64,000 bases of DNA, taken from positions 672,001 through 736,000 of the forward strand of contig CAVUWD010000016.1 of the NCBI GenBank assembly GCA_963745025.1, written 5' to 3'. Position numbers and translations under genes: made by a program. The stretch comes from an uncultured delta proteobacterium (GTDB lineage Bacteria; Desulfobacterota; Binatia; JACPRU01). Each line of letters opens with the position of its first letter. The first letter of the stretch is position 1. Shown here piece after piece: positions 29,722-39,113 of this stretch. Below the pieces are notes generated by a model. The model was given only the letters and a program-made list of their open reading frames with translations. It did not search any database and was not told the DNA's origin.

Positions 29722-30948
29722 ATGAAGTTCATCTACTTTCCACTCCCTGCGATCCCGGCCACACTCGAAGACCGCCGTCGCGAACGACCGATCGCTTACC
29801 GCACCGAGCGCTGGCAGAAGATGTTCGACGAGGTCGTCGAGCTCGCTCGGATGTGCGAGGATCTCGGCTTCGAAGTCGTCAGCTTCCCCGAGCACCATCT
29901 CGCGACCGAGGGCCTCGAGGTCGGTTCGATCCCACTCCTGTCACTCTACGTCGCCATGCACACGAAGACGATCAAGGTAGGCCCGGTCGGCTACGTGCTC
30001 CCCGGCTGGGATCCGCTGCGCCTCGCGGTCGAGATCGGCTGGCTCGATCAGCTGACGAAGGGCCGGACGATCGTCGGCATGGCGCGCGGCTACCAGACGC
30101 GGTGGCTGAATCAGATGGGCCAGTTTCTCCACGTCGGCGCCACCGTCTCCGACCAGAGCGAGGTCGACCAGGCAAACCGCCGCGCCTTCGAGGAGGTCTT
30201 CCAGATCCTGAGGCTCGCGTGGAAGGACGACGCGTTCCGCTTCAAGGGCGAGTTCTATCAATACCCGTATCCCTATACGGAGGGCACGCCGTGGCCGCCG
30301 ACCGGCTGGACGACGGAGTTCGGCGACCCCCACGAGGTCGGCAAGGACGGCCGCCTGCACGCGATCTCGGTGGTGCCGAAGCCCTACCAGAAGCCTCACC
30401 CGCCCCTCTTCCAGGCGTTCTCGGTCTCCGAGGCGACGATCCGCTGGTGCGCCAAGGAAGACATCGTCCCCATGATCCTGATGTCCCACCCGGAAGTCCT
30501 GCGCGGCCTCGTCAGCGCGTACGTGGATTCCGCGGCTCAGGCCGGACGGAAGCTCGAGCGGGGCAAGTCGGTCGGCGTGCTTCGCCAGGTCTATTTCGGG
30601 GACAGTGACGAGGAGATCTTTCGGCTGTCGGAGACCGGCGCCGTGGGACTTCTCTGGAAGCGCTTCTGGGGGCACTTCGGCTTCTGGGAGGCGTTCAAGA
30701 GCCCCGAGGAGCAAGCGGCCGGTAGGGTGCTGCCGCCGAGCGAGTGGACGATCGATCGCTTGCGGAAGTTCCACTACGTCTACGCGGGCTCCGTCTCCGA
30801 CGTACGCAAGGGCATGGATACGCTCGTCGAGGCCGGAAACCCAGAGTATTTCGCCTGGCTCTCCGACCAGGGAATGCTGCCGATCGAGGAGGTGAAGAAG
30901 CAGCTCCGGATCTTCGGCGAACAGGTGCTGCCACACTATCGCTCTTGA
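29722..30948 (+). CDS. LLM-class flavin-dependent oxidoreductase
   Basis: FPEHHL, DPLRLAVEIGWLDQLTKGR, VVPKPYQKPHPPL and LRIFGEQVLP. Confidence 0.9.
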   Translation: MKFIYFPLPAIPATLEDRRRERPIAYRTERWQKMFDEVVELARMCEDLGFEVVSFPEHHLATEGLEVGSIPLLSLYVAMHTKTIKVGPVGYVLPGWDPLRLAVEIGWLDQLTKGRTIVGMARGYQTRWLNQMGQFLHVGATVSDQSEVDQANRRAFEEVFQILRLAWKDDAFRFKGEFYQYPYPYTEGTPWPPTGWTTEFGDPHEVGKDGRLHAISVVPKPYQKPHPPLFQAFSVSEATIRWCAKEDIVPMILMSHPEVLRGLVSAYVDSAAQAGRKLERGKSVGVLRQVYFGDSDEEIFRLSETGAVGLLWKRFWGHFGFWEAFKSPEEQAAGRVLPPSEWTIDRLRKFHYVYAGSVSDVRKGMDTLVEAGNPEYFAWLSDQGMLPIEEVKKQLRIFGEQVLPHYRS

Positions 30949-31117
30949 AGATTCGGGGAGTTCCCGTTTCACGCATAGCACGTGCGCGAGCGGGCCCGTC
31001 AGCGGCGCGAACGGAGAATCTTGGCGCCGACGCCGCGCGAAAGCCTTTGAGCATCTGTTCGCCGCGCCCGGATGGGGCACGACGTCCGAGCCGGGTCCGG
31101 CCGAACGGTGAAACGCG

Positions 31118-32425
31118 ATGAAGCCCTGGCAAGAGCGATTCGGAGACAAACGGATCACCGCGCGACGCGCGGCCGCCCTCGTCAAGTGCGGCGACATCGT
31201 GCGCTTCCCGATCGGGAAGCCGCCGATCCCGATCCTCAAGGCTCTCGCCGAGCGTGCGGGAGAGCTCCGGGAGGTCACGCTGATCCAGTGCTTCCCGAGC
31301 TACCCGCACGAGATCTGGAACGACCCGCGGCTCGATCGCTCGTTCCGTCGCGTCGTCGACTACGTCGGCGCGGGATGTCGGGAGGGAATGCGTAGGCACG
31401 TGATCGACTTCATGCCGCTCGACTATTCGCACTATGGAAAACAGCTCGAAGAGGGGCGGACGAACACGTGGGCGGCGGACGTCTTCTTCGGCGTCGTATC
31501 GCCCCCGGATGAGCACGGCTTCTCGAGCTTCGGCAACGCTCTCTGGTACTCGAAGGATCTCGCGAAAAGCGCGAAGCTCTTCGTGGCGGAGGTCGATCCC
31601 ACCCTCATCCGTACGCACGGCGACAACTTCGTTCACGTCTCGGAGATCGACTACCTGGTGGAGGAGAACGAGCCCCTCCTCGTGTCCACGCCTCCGCCGC
31701 CGGAGGAGGAGCAGGGCGACCTGGAGGTCATCGCCAGCTTCGTCGCCAGCCTGATCCGCGACGCCGACACCGTGCAGATGGGGATCGGCGGAATCTCCGA
31801 ATCGCTCGGTCAATTTCTCACCGGGCGGAACGATCTCGGGATCCACAGCGAGATCCTGACGGCGAGCCACGTCGAGCTGGTGAAGCGAGGGGTCGCCACC
31901 GGCAAGTACAAGACGCTGCACCCGGGTCGAGCCGTCGCCGCGGTGGTCGTCGGGGACGCGGACCTCGAGTACGTGAACGGCAATCCGCTCTTCGAGCTCT
32001 ACAGCGTGCTCTACACGAACCGCATCCCGGTGATTGCCGCGCAGCACCGGCAGGTGGCCGTGAATAGCGCGATCGCCATCGACCTGACCGGCCAGGCGGC
32101 CGCGGAGTCGATCGGGCCGCAGATGTACAGCGGCATCGGCGGACAGCTCGCCTTCATGATCGGCGCGCTCTATTCGGAAGGCGGCCGCTCGATCCTCGTT
32201 CTGCCCTCGACGGCCAAGGCCGGCGCCGTCTCGCGCATCGTGCCGTTCCTCGAACCGGGGAGCACGGTCACGACGCCGCGGCAGTACGTCGACTACGTCG
32301 TCACCGAGTTCGGGATCACGAACCTCCAAGGCAAGACGCAGCGGCAGCGAGCGGAATCGCTGACCGAGCTCGCGCATCCGGATTTCCGCCCGCAGCTGAG
32401 ACGAGAAGCCCGCCGACTGTTCTAG
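31118..32425 (+). CDS. Acetyl-CoA hydrolase/transferase (4-hydroxybutyrate CoA-transferase-like), copy 1
   Basis: VSPPDEHG..SFG, QMGIGGI, LGIHSE (catalytic Glu), IDLTGQ, SGIGGQLAF and DYVVTEFG. Confidence 0.92.
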   Translation: MKPWQERFGDKRITARRAAALVKCGDIVRFPIGKPPIPILKALAERAGELREVTLIQCFPSYPHEIWNDPRLDRSFRRVVDYVGAGCREGMRRHVIDFMPLDYSHYGKQLEEGRTNTWAADVFFGVVSPPDEHGFSSFGNALWYSKDLAKSAKLFVAEVDPTLIRTHGDNFVHVSEIDYLVEENEPLLVSTPPPPEEEQGDLEVIASFVASLIRDADTVQMGIGGISESLGQFLTGRNDLGIHSEILTASHVELVKRGVATGKYKTLHPGRAVAAVVVGDADLEYVNGNPLFELYSVLYTNRIPVIAAQHRQVAVNSAIAIDLTGQAAAESIGPQMYSGIGGQLAFMIGALYSEGGRSILVLPSTAKAGAVSRIVPFLEPGSTVTTPRQYVDYVVTEFGITNLQGKTQRQRAESLTELAHPDFRPQLRREARRLF

Positions 32426-32444
32426 TCCCGACGAGGAGGCGCTC

Positions 32445-32555
32445 ATGAAGCTCGGTGTTGCTCGAGCACGAGTTGGCGATCATGCGCGGAGGGCGACGAC
32501 GCCTTCGCCAGTCCTAGATAGCGTTTCGTTCGGGCGCTGTAGGCTTCCGAATTAA
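32445..32555 (+). pseudogene. Probable decayed LLM gene start
   Basis: Strong GAGGAGG RBS plus MKLGV.., at the same position as the LLM scar after copy 2; similarity is lost quickly. Confidence 0.35.
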
Positions 32556-32683
32556 GAATGTATCCAATGGAATCATTTCTACGAAATCAGGGATCGGGGC
32601 GGGTACACTCTAGATGCACGAATTTCTAATAGTTGTAATGAAGAGCAATGAATGTCAGTTGCTCCTTGGAAGCCGGCGGCTCT

Positions 32684-32699
32684 TGGCACGCGCCATGCT
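32684..32699 (+). promoter_or_regulatory. Sigma54 -24/-12 promoter
   Basis: TGGCACGCGCCATGCT just upstream of ATG 32715, preceded by an AT-rich tract. Confidence 0.7.
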
Positions 32700-32714
32700 T
32701 TTCATTTGGTAACC

Positions 32715-34046
32715 ATGGAACTGTGGCCGCAACTCTATCGAGATAAACGAATCACTGCGGAGGGCGCGGCGGCGCTCGTCAAGTCCGGCGACGTGGTGCG
32801 CTTTCCGATCGGAAAGCCGCCGATCCCCATCCTGAAGGCGCTCGCGCGACGCGCCGGACAGCTGGAGGACGTGACCCTGATCCAGTGCTTCCCGAGCTAC
32901 CCGCACGAGATCTGGAACGACCCGGCGCTCGACCGCTCGTTCCGCCGCGTCGTCGACTACGTGGGAGCAGGCTGTCGCGAGGGAATGCGGCGGCACGTGG
33001 TCGACTTCCTGCCGCTCGACTACCCGCAGTACGGAAAACAGCTCGAGGAGGGGCGGACGAACACGTGGGCCGCAGACGTCTTCTTCGGCGTCGTCTCGCC
33101 GCCGGACGCGCGTGGCTTCTGCAGCTTCGGCAACGCTCTCTGGTACTCGAAGGACGCCGCGAAGGCCGCGAAGCTTTTCGTCGCGGAAGTCGACCCCACC
33201 CTCATCCGCACGCACGGCGAGAACTTCGTTCATGTCTCCGAGATCGACTACCTGGTGGAGGAGACGGAGCCCCTGCTCGTCTCGACGCCCCCACCGGCCG
33301 AGGAGGCGCGGGGCACGGTCGAGGTGATCGCGAGCTTCGCCGCGAGCCTCGTCCGCGACGGCGATACCGTGCAGATGGGCGTGGGCGGGATCTCCGAATC
33401 GATCGGCCTTTTCCTGACCGAGCGCAACGACTTGGGAATCCACAGCGAGATCATGACCGTCAGCCACGTCGAGCTGGTGAAGCGGGGGGTCGCCACCGGC
33501 AAGCACAAGACGCTCCACCGCGGCCGGGCCGTCGCCGCGATGGTCGTCGGTGCGGCGGACCTCGAGTACGTGAATGACAACCCGCTGTTCGAACTCCACA
33601 GCGTGCTTTACACGAACCGCATCCCGGTGATCGCCGCCCAGCACCGGCAGGTGGCCATCAACAGCACGATCGCCATTGATCTCACCGGACAGGCCGCCGC
33701 CGAGTCGATCGGTCCCGAGATGTACAGTGGCATCGGCGGACAGCTCGCGTTCATGATCGGTGCGCTCTACTCGGAAGGCGGCCGCTCGGTCCTCGTCCTT
33801 CCGTCGACGGCCAAGGGCGGCACGGTGTCGCGCATCGTGCCCTTCCTCGCGCCGGGGAGCACGGTCACGACGCCGCGCCAGTATGTCGACTACGTCGTCA
33901 CCGAGTTCGGCATCACGAACCTGCAGGGAAAGACCCAGCGGCAGCGGGCGGAGTCGCTGATCGAGCTCGCTCACCCGGATTTTCGGCCCGAGCTGAAACA
34001 GGAAGCCCGCCGGCTTTTCTGGTCGGCGACAGGTAGGCAACCGTGA
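32715..34046 (+). CDS. Acetyl-CoA hydrolase/transferase, copy 2 (tandem paralog)
   Basis: Long identical peptide stretches shared with 31118-32425; start MELWPQLY aligns with MKPWQERF. Confidence 0.92.
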   Translation: MELWPQLYRDKRITAEGAAALVKSGDVVRFPIGKPPIPILKALARRAGQLEDVTLIQCFPSYPHEIWNDPALDRSFRRVVDYVGAGCREGMRRHVVDFLPLDYPQYGKQLEEGRTNTWAADVFFGVVSPPDARGFCSFGNALWYSKDAAKAAKLFVAEVDPTLIRTHGENFVHVSEIDYLVEETEPLLVSTPPPAEEARGTVEVIASFAASLVRDGDTVQMGVGGISESIGLFLTERNDLGIHSEIMTVSHVELVKRGVATGKHKTLHRGRAVAAMVVGAADLEYVNDNPLFELHSVLYTNRIPVIAAQHRQVAINSTIAIDLTGQAAAESIGPEMYSGIGGQLAFMIGALYSEGGRSVLVLPSTAKGGTVSRIVPFLAPGSTVTTPRQYVDYVVTEFGITNLQGKTQRQRAESLIELAHPDFRPELKQEARRLFWSATGRQP

Positions 34047-34183
34047 AGTTCGGCGTTGGATCGTGGAAAATGCAAGCCCGGTTCTTCGGCCAGGCGGTCG
34101 TCCCGGAGTTCCGCATGGTCGCTTCCCGTCGGAGTTCCGCAAGCGGACCCGTTCGGCCTGAGTCCCTCGAGGTGAAGCCATGA
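34043..34183 (+). pseudogene. Head-to-tail in-frame deletion scar of an LLM oxidoreductase (46 aa)
   Basis: MKFGVGSWKMQA (LLM N-terminus) fused to RFFGQAVVPEFR (LLM C-terminal motif). GTGA overlap with the upstream gene and ATGA overlap with the downstream gene are both kept. Confidence 0.7.
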
Positions 34184-36195
34184 CGACGTACTCGCATCTA
34201 CTCAGCCCGCTCACGATCGGCCCAACCACGATCAAGAACCGGGTCATCTTCGGGCCGCACGTGACCGGCCATTGGTCGGGCGACTTCCTCGCGACACCGC
34301 GAGCCAAGGCGTACTACGAGGAGCGCGCCCGTGGCGGCGTCGGGATGATCATCGTCGGCGCATCGTCCGTCGACGAGACGGCCGACTACTACCCCTTCAC
34401 GCAGCACGCGGTCTTCAAGGACGAGGTCATTCCAGGTCTCCGCGAGATCGCCGACGCCGTGCACGTCTTCGGCACGAAGATCATCCAGCAGCTCGTCCAT
34501 CCCGGCGTGCACCAGATCCCGGAGCGGGATACTCTTCATCCGGGGCGGGCGCCATCGCAGATCCCCGCGATCGAGGAGCCCTTCTACATTCCGAAGGAGC
34601 TCGAGATCGAGGAGATCATCGAGATCCAGGACAAGTTCGTCCGCGCAGCCGAGCGGGTGAAGCAGGCGGGCTTCGACGGCGTCGAGGTTCACGCCGCCCA
34701 CGGCTATCTGCTATGGGCGTTCCTCACTCCCCTCAAGAACAAGCGCACCGACGAGTACGGCGGCTCGCTCGAGAACCGCTTCCGCTTCACGCGGGAGGTG
34801 CTCGAGAAGGTGCGGGCCGCGGTCGGCAAGGACTTCGTCGTCGGTACGCGGGTCCTCTCGAGCGACATGTATCCCGGCGGGCTCGACGTCGAGGAGTGCC
34901 TGCGGATCGCGAAGATGATCGAGGCGACCGGAACCGTCGACTACATCAGCGTGAGCACCGGGCTCTATCGCTCGATCGCGGTCATGATCCCGAGCCACTA
35001 CGCGGGATTCGAGCCGGGCTACCAGGGCGAGTTCACCCGCAAGATCAAGAGCGAGGTCTCGGCCCCCGTGTTCCAGGTCGGCAAGATCAACGACGCCGCG
35101 CTCGCCGACCACATCATCGCCGACGGCGCGGCCGACGCGGTGATCATGGTGCGGGAGCTGATCGCCGAGCCGCACTTCGTGAAGAAGGTCGAGGAGGGGC
35201 GGATCGAGAGCATTCGCCCCTGCATCTACTGCAACCAGAAATGTCTCGCCCACATTTTCATCCCCGGCGGCCACGTCGAGTGCAACGTGAACCCGACCGC
35301 CGGAGAGGAGTTCCGCTGGGCGGCCGGGAGCCCGGGACGGAGCCCGGCGCGGAAGAAGGTGCTCGTCGTCGGCGCGGGCCCCGGGGGCCTCGAATGCGCC
35401 CGGACGGCGGTGGAGCGGGGGCACGAGGTCGTCGTCTACGAGAAGGACGCGGTCGTCGGGGGACAGATGCGCCTGATCCGCTCCCTCCCCGGTCGGAGCG
35501 AGATCGGGAACATCCTCGACTGGCTCGACCGGGAGGTCCGGAGGCTCGGCGTCGAGCTGAAGTTCTCGCACCCGGTGACGGAGGACCGCGTCGATGCGAT
35601 CCTCGCCGCCGAGAAACCCGATGCCGTCGTGGTCGCGACCGGCGCCCGGGCCGCCCGCGACGGCCGGAGCGGGCTCACGACCGAGCCGATTCCCGGATGG
35701 GAGAGACCGAATGTGCTGAGCTACGAGGAGGTGCTGAACCGCCCCTCGAGCGAGCTCGGGAAACGGCTGCTCATCGTCGACGAACTCGGCGACCGGATCG
35801 CTCCCGGGATCGCGGAGAAGCTCGCCGAAGACAAACGCCAGGTGACGATCGTCACCCGCTGGCCGAACGTCTTCCACATGTGGGGGCTCTACTGGAACGA
35901 GATGTCGTTCGTCTACGGGCGGCTCGACGAGCTCGGCGTCCGGGTCCTGTCGTCGAGCTGGGTGAAGGAGATCCACGCGGGCGGCGCCACGTGCTTCAAC
36001 GTCTTCAGCAGCCGCGAGTGGGAGGAGGCGGCCGATGGCGTGATCTTGGTGACCATGAAGTACTCGAACATGGAGCCGTACAAGCTCCTCAAGGCGAAGG
36101 GGGTGAAGCCGCTCTACCTAGTCGGCGACGCGAAGTCGCCGCGGCACATCGGCGATGCCATGCGCGACGGCTACGCCGCCGCGCGGGAAATCTGA
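34180..36195 (+). CDS. OYE-family FMN/[4Fe-4S]/FAD oxidoreductase (FadH / amine dehydrogenase-like)
   Basis: GFDGVEVHAAHGYL, NKRTDEYGGSLENR, CIYCNQKC..C Fe-S motif and VVGAGPGGLE Rossmann fold. Confidence 0.92.
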   Translation: MTTYSHLLSPLTIGPTTIKNRVIFGPHVTGHWSGDFLATPRAKAYYEERARGGVGMIIVGASSVDETADYYPFTQHAVFKDEVIPGLREIADAVHVFGTKIIQQLVHPGVHQIPERDTLHPGRAPSQIPAIEEPFYIPKELEIEEIIEIQDKFVRAAERVKQAGFDGVEVHAAHGYLLWAFLTPLKNKRTDEYGGSLENRFRFTREVLEKVRAAVGKDFVVGTRVLSSDMYPGGLDVEECLRIAKMIEATGTVDYISVSTGLYRSIAVMIPSHYAGFEPGYQGEFTRKIKSEVSAPVFQVGKINDAALADHIIADGAADAVIMVRELIAEPHFVKKVEEGRIESIRPCIYCNQKCLAHIFIPGGHVECNVNPTAGEEFRWAAGSPGRSPARKKVLVVGAGPGGLECARTAVERGHEVVVYEKDAVVGGQMRLIRSLPGRSEIGNILDWLDREVRRLGVELKFSHPVTEDRVDAILAAEKPDAVVVATGARAARDGRSGLTTEPIPGWERPNVLSYEEVLNRPSSELGKRLLIVDELGDRIAPGIAEKLAEDKRQVTIVTRWPNVFHMWGLYWNEMSFVYGRLDELGVRVLSSSWVKEIHAGGATCFNVFSSREWEEAADGVILVTMKYSNMEPYKLLKAKGVKPLYLVGDAKSPRHIGDAMRDGYAAAREI

Positions 36196-36225
36196 AGTGG
36201 AGCCACGAGTCGTCGAGACCTGGCC

Positions 36226-37233
36226 GTGACGAGCGGCGGCGAGGTCTGGGCCTTCCTCGAGACCGTGGATGGGAGGCTCCACGACACGGCGACGAAAACC
36301 GCATCCGAGGCGAGGAAGGTCGCGCGACTGCTCGACGGCCATCCGTGCGGCGTGATCGCCGGAGTGCCGGAGGAGCGCATCCTCCAGGAACTCGCGCCGT
36401 TCGGACTCCGGCGGATCTACGCGCTCGGCGGCGAGCGGAGCGAGGCAGGAAGCGCGGAGGAGCACGGCCATGCCGTCGCGACCCTCGCAGCGCGGCGATC
36501 GCCGTCGTGCGTTCTCTTCGCCGCGACGCCCCTCGGGTGTGAAGCCGCGGCGCGCGTGGCCGTCCGCCTCGGCAGCGGTCTCGCGTCGGACTGCGTCGAC
36601 TTCGCGCGCGCGGGGGAGGAATTCACGGCGAGGAGGAAGGTCTGCGGCGGAAAGGCGCACGCGACCGTCGCCTGGCGCGGGCCGCCGCCCCACGTGGCCA
36701 CCGTGGACCTCGACGCGCTCGAGGCCGTGCCGGAGAGTCCGGGCGAACCTGCAGAGCTGATCGTCGAGGCGGCCGACTTCGGCGCGCCGCGAACGCAGCT
36801 GCTTCGCCGCTGGCGGGTTGAACCCCGGGAACTCGATCTCTCCGAGGCGACGGTCGTCGTCGGCATCGGCAAGCCGATCCTCGAGCGCACCGCCGCCCTG
36901 CCAATGATCGAAGAGGTGGCCGAGCGCCTCGGGGCTGGGTTGGGAGGCTCGCGCATCGTCGTCGACGGCGGCCTTCTCCCGCGCGAGCGGCAGATCGGCG
37001 CGAGCGGCAAGTGGCTCGCCGCCGATGTCTATCTGGCCTGCGGCATCTCCGGTTCGTCGTACCACATGATGGGGTTGAAGGCAGTCAAGCACCTGGTCGC
37101 CGTGAACCTCGACCGCAGCGCGCCGATCTTCCAGCGCGTGGATTTCGGAGTGGTCGGCGACCTCTTCGAGATCCTCCCCGCGCTCGCCGCTCTGCTCGGA
37201 GGCGCGAAGAAGGAAGGGGATAACATTCCGTGA
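36226..37233 (+). CDS. etfA: Electron transfer flavoprotein alpha subunit
   Basis: RQIGASGK, YLACGISGS..HMMG and AVNLDRSAPIF..DFGVVGDL. Confidence 0.88.
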   Translation: MTSGGEVWAFLETVDGRLHDTATKTASEARKVARLLDGHPCGVIAGVPEERILQELAPFGLRRIYALGGERSEAGSAEEHGHAVATLAARRSPSCVLFAATPLGCEAAARVAVRLGSGLASDCVDFARAGEEFTARRKVCGGKAHATVAWRGPPPHVATVDLDALEAVPESPGEPAELIVEAADFGAPRTQLLRRWRVEPRELDLSEATVVVGIGKPILERTAALPMIEEVAERLGAGLGGSRIVVDGGLLPRERQIGASGKWLAADVYLACGISGSSYHMMGLKAVKHLVAVNLDRSAPIFQRVDFGVVGDLFEILPALAALLGGAKKEGDNIP

Positions 37234-38081
37234 GGATCGTCGTCGGCGTGAAGCAGGTGGAGGACGTCGCCTTCGTCCGTCACGGCTCGGGCCTGGCGCC
37301 GTTCCGCCGGCGCTTTCCGAATCCGGCGGACTTGGCGGCGGTCGAGCAGGCGGAACGGCTCCGGGGGGATTCCGGTGAGGTCATCGCCCTGACCGTCGGG
37401 CCTCCGGACGTCGAGGCGGCTCTGCGCAAGGCGCTGATGATGGGCGTCGACCGTGTGGTCCGCGTCTGGAGCGATTCGCTCGTCGGCGCTGACTCGTTCG
37501 CCGTGGCGACCGTCCTCGCCGCCGCCGCCCGACGATTGGGCTTCGATCTCTTCCTTCTCGGCGCGCGGAGCGCCGACACGGCGACCGAGGCAGTCGGGGC
37601 GGCGGTCGCCGAGATCCTCGGCCTTCCCCTCGTGACGCGGGTGATCGGTGTCGAGAGCGCACCCGAAGGATCCCGGATGCTCGCGCATCGGAAGCTCGAG
37701 CGAGGAGAGCGCGAGACCTTCGGGGTGTCCTGCCCGGCCGTCCTGACGATCGAGCCCGGAGCCACCGAGCCCCGCTACTGCGCACCGGGCTGGGTGAGCC
37801 GGACGCGGCGAGGGCAGGTGGAGTTGCTCAGCCCCGAAGAGATCGGCGCCCGCGCCGACGCCTTCTCGCCGCGGCTGGCCATCCTCGAAGTGACGTCGCC
37901 GCGCCCGCGGGCGAAGGTTGGCGTCCCGGTCGCCGGGCTGAGCCTCAAGGACAAGCTGGCGCTCATGCGCGGTGGGCGAAAGCAGCCGCCGGCGGAGGAG
38001 CGGGTCATCGAGGGGTCGCCGTCGGAGGTCGCACCGCGACTGAAGACGGCGCTCGAAGGATTTCTCGCGAGACGGCCCTGA
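37230..38081 (+). CDS. etfB: Electron transfer flavoprotein beta subunit
   Basis: MRIVVGVKQV, NPADLAAVEQA, LTVGP, ALMMGVD and G..SAD. Confidence 0.85.
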   Translation: MRIVVGVKQVEDVAFVRHGSGLAPFRRRFPNPADLAAVEQAERLRGDSGEVIALTVGPPDVEAALRKALMMGVDRVVRVWSDSLVGADSFAVATVLAAAARRLGFDLFLLGARSADTATEAVGAAVAEILGLPLVTRVIGVESAPEGSRMLAHRKLERGERETFGVSCPAVLTIEPGATEPRYCAPGWVSRTRRGQVELLSPEEIGARADAFSPRLAILEVTSPRPRAKVGVPVAGLSLKDKLALMRGGRKQPPAEERVIEGSPSEVAPRLKTALEGFLARRP

Positions 38082-38143
38082 GCCAGGGCCGATCCGCTTT
38101 CTCTCTGAAAATCCTGCTACCGCTCGGCGAGCACCTGTATATT

Positions 38144-38461
38144 CTACTCTCCTTCTGCCGACGGTCTCAGCACGACGGCCTTGTCGCGGAATTTTGCCAC
38201 GAGCTGAAGCTCGCCACCAAGCGCCGCGACGTATTTCCGGAGCGTCGACAGGAGAAAGTCCTCTCGATGCTCGAGCCTCGATACCTCGCCCTGACTCATG
38301 TCCGTCGCCTCGGAAATCTCAGCCTGAGTCTTGCCGCTGGCCTGACGAGCCTCGCGCAGATCCATCGCTACTAGCTCGTCACGAACCGCTGCCTCAACGC
38401 GCGCGCGCGCCGAGGGCGATAGCTTGTTTGCTCGAATCTCTTTCCAGTTCTTGGTCGGCAT
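38144..38461 (-). CDS. HigA-like XRE-family antitoxin
   Basis: LREARQASGKTQAEIS..MSQGEVSRLEHREDFLLSTLRKYVAALGGEL. Confidence 0.88.
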   Translation of the reverse strand: MPTKNWKEIRANKLSPSARARVEAAVRDELVAMDLREARQASGKTQAEISEATDMSQGEVSRLEHREDFLLSTLRKYVAALGGELQLVAKFRDKAVVLRPSAEGE

Positions 38462-38631
38462 CACGATACCTCCTTAAGATACTCGATCCATCGCTGGTCG
38501 GCCGCCGGCACAAACCACTCGTAGAATCTCGAATCACCAGTTTTGTCCGCACCGAGAAGCACGACCGCCTGACGTTGCTGGTCGAAACCATAGGCCACGC
38601 GCAGAGGCTTCCGCCCTACAACCTCAACCAT
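38461..38631 (-). pseudogene. HigB/RelE-like (Gp49-type) toxin with apparent internal in-frame deletion (56 aa; not in ORF track)
   Basis: MVEVVGRKPLRVAYGFDQQRQAVVLLGADKTGDSRFYEWFVPAADQRWIEYLKEVS*: C-terminal toxin motifs joined to a 5-residue N-terminus. Confidence 0.75.
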
Positions 38632-38749
38632 GCTGCATGATATACCCTAAACCACATAATGCTGTCAAACGCATACTGCTCGTAAAGTCGCGCTCCATTC
38701 TGGGCGGGTCCGTCTCCCCTGCCCTGCTGCTCGCTCGCGTCGAAACGAA

Positions 38750-38827
38750 GTCCCCGACGCGCTCGCTGAGCGGAGGATTCCGAATCCTGGGGTCGCGCGT
38801 TCGAGTGTTCGAGTCGCGCCGGGGGCA
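38750..38827 (+). tRNA. Degenerate/pseudo tRNA-Arg(CCG)
   Basis: Acceptor GTCCCCG/CGGGGGC-A; D stem GCTC/GAGC with a 3-nt loop; anticodon arm AGGA-TTCCGAA-TCCT; T arm GCGCG-TTCGAGT-CGCGC with GTTCGAGT duplicated. Confidence 0.7.
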
Positions 38828-39113
38828 GTGAAAAATCCGGGTGAGTGAGGAAGTGAGGAAGTTAGATATTCGACGTGAGGGACGAAGAGAACGCGATGTT
38901 CGGGATGGCGTCGGGATTGCCGGTACGACGCCCTTGGGAACTCGCGCGGCTGGCCCGCGCCGGCTTGCGCTAGTTTCGGGGCGGCGACCGCCCAGGATCA
39001 GGGGCTTCGCGGGCTAGCTTGGTAGGATGTCGCATCCCCTTTGATCGTGCCCGTAGGGCGCGATCCGTGACACACCCTCCTAGCGGGGATCAAATCCGCG
39101 GTGCTAAAGCCGA

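Noticed and set aside
29660-29725. 21-aa upstream ORF overlapping the LLM start (MKTHLRK..)
   Set aside because: No RBS or informative codon content; the LLM gene has its own strong RBS, so it is probably chance.
38840-39095. GTGAGGAA tandem and the hairpin GATCGTGCCC-GTA-GGGCGCGATC
   Set aside because: Single short occurrences; not enough to assign a function.
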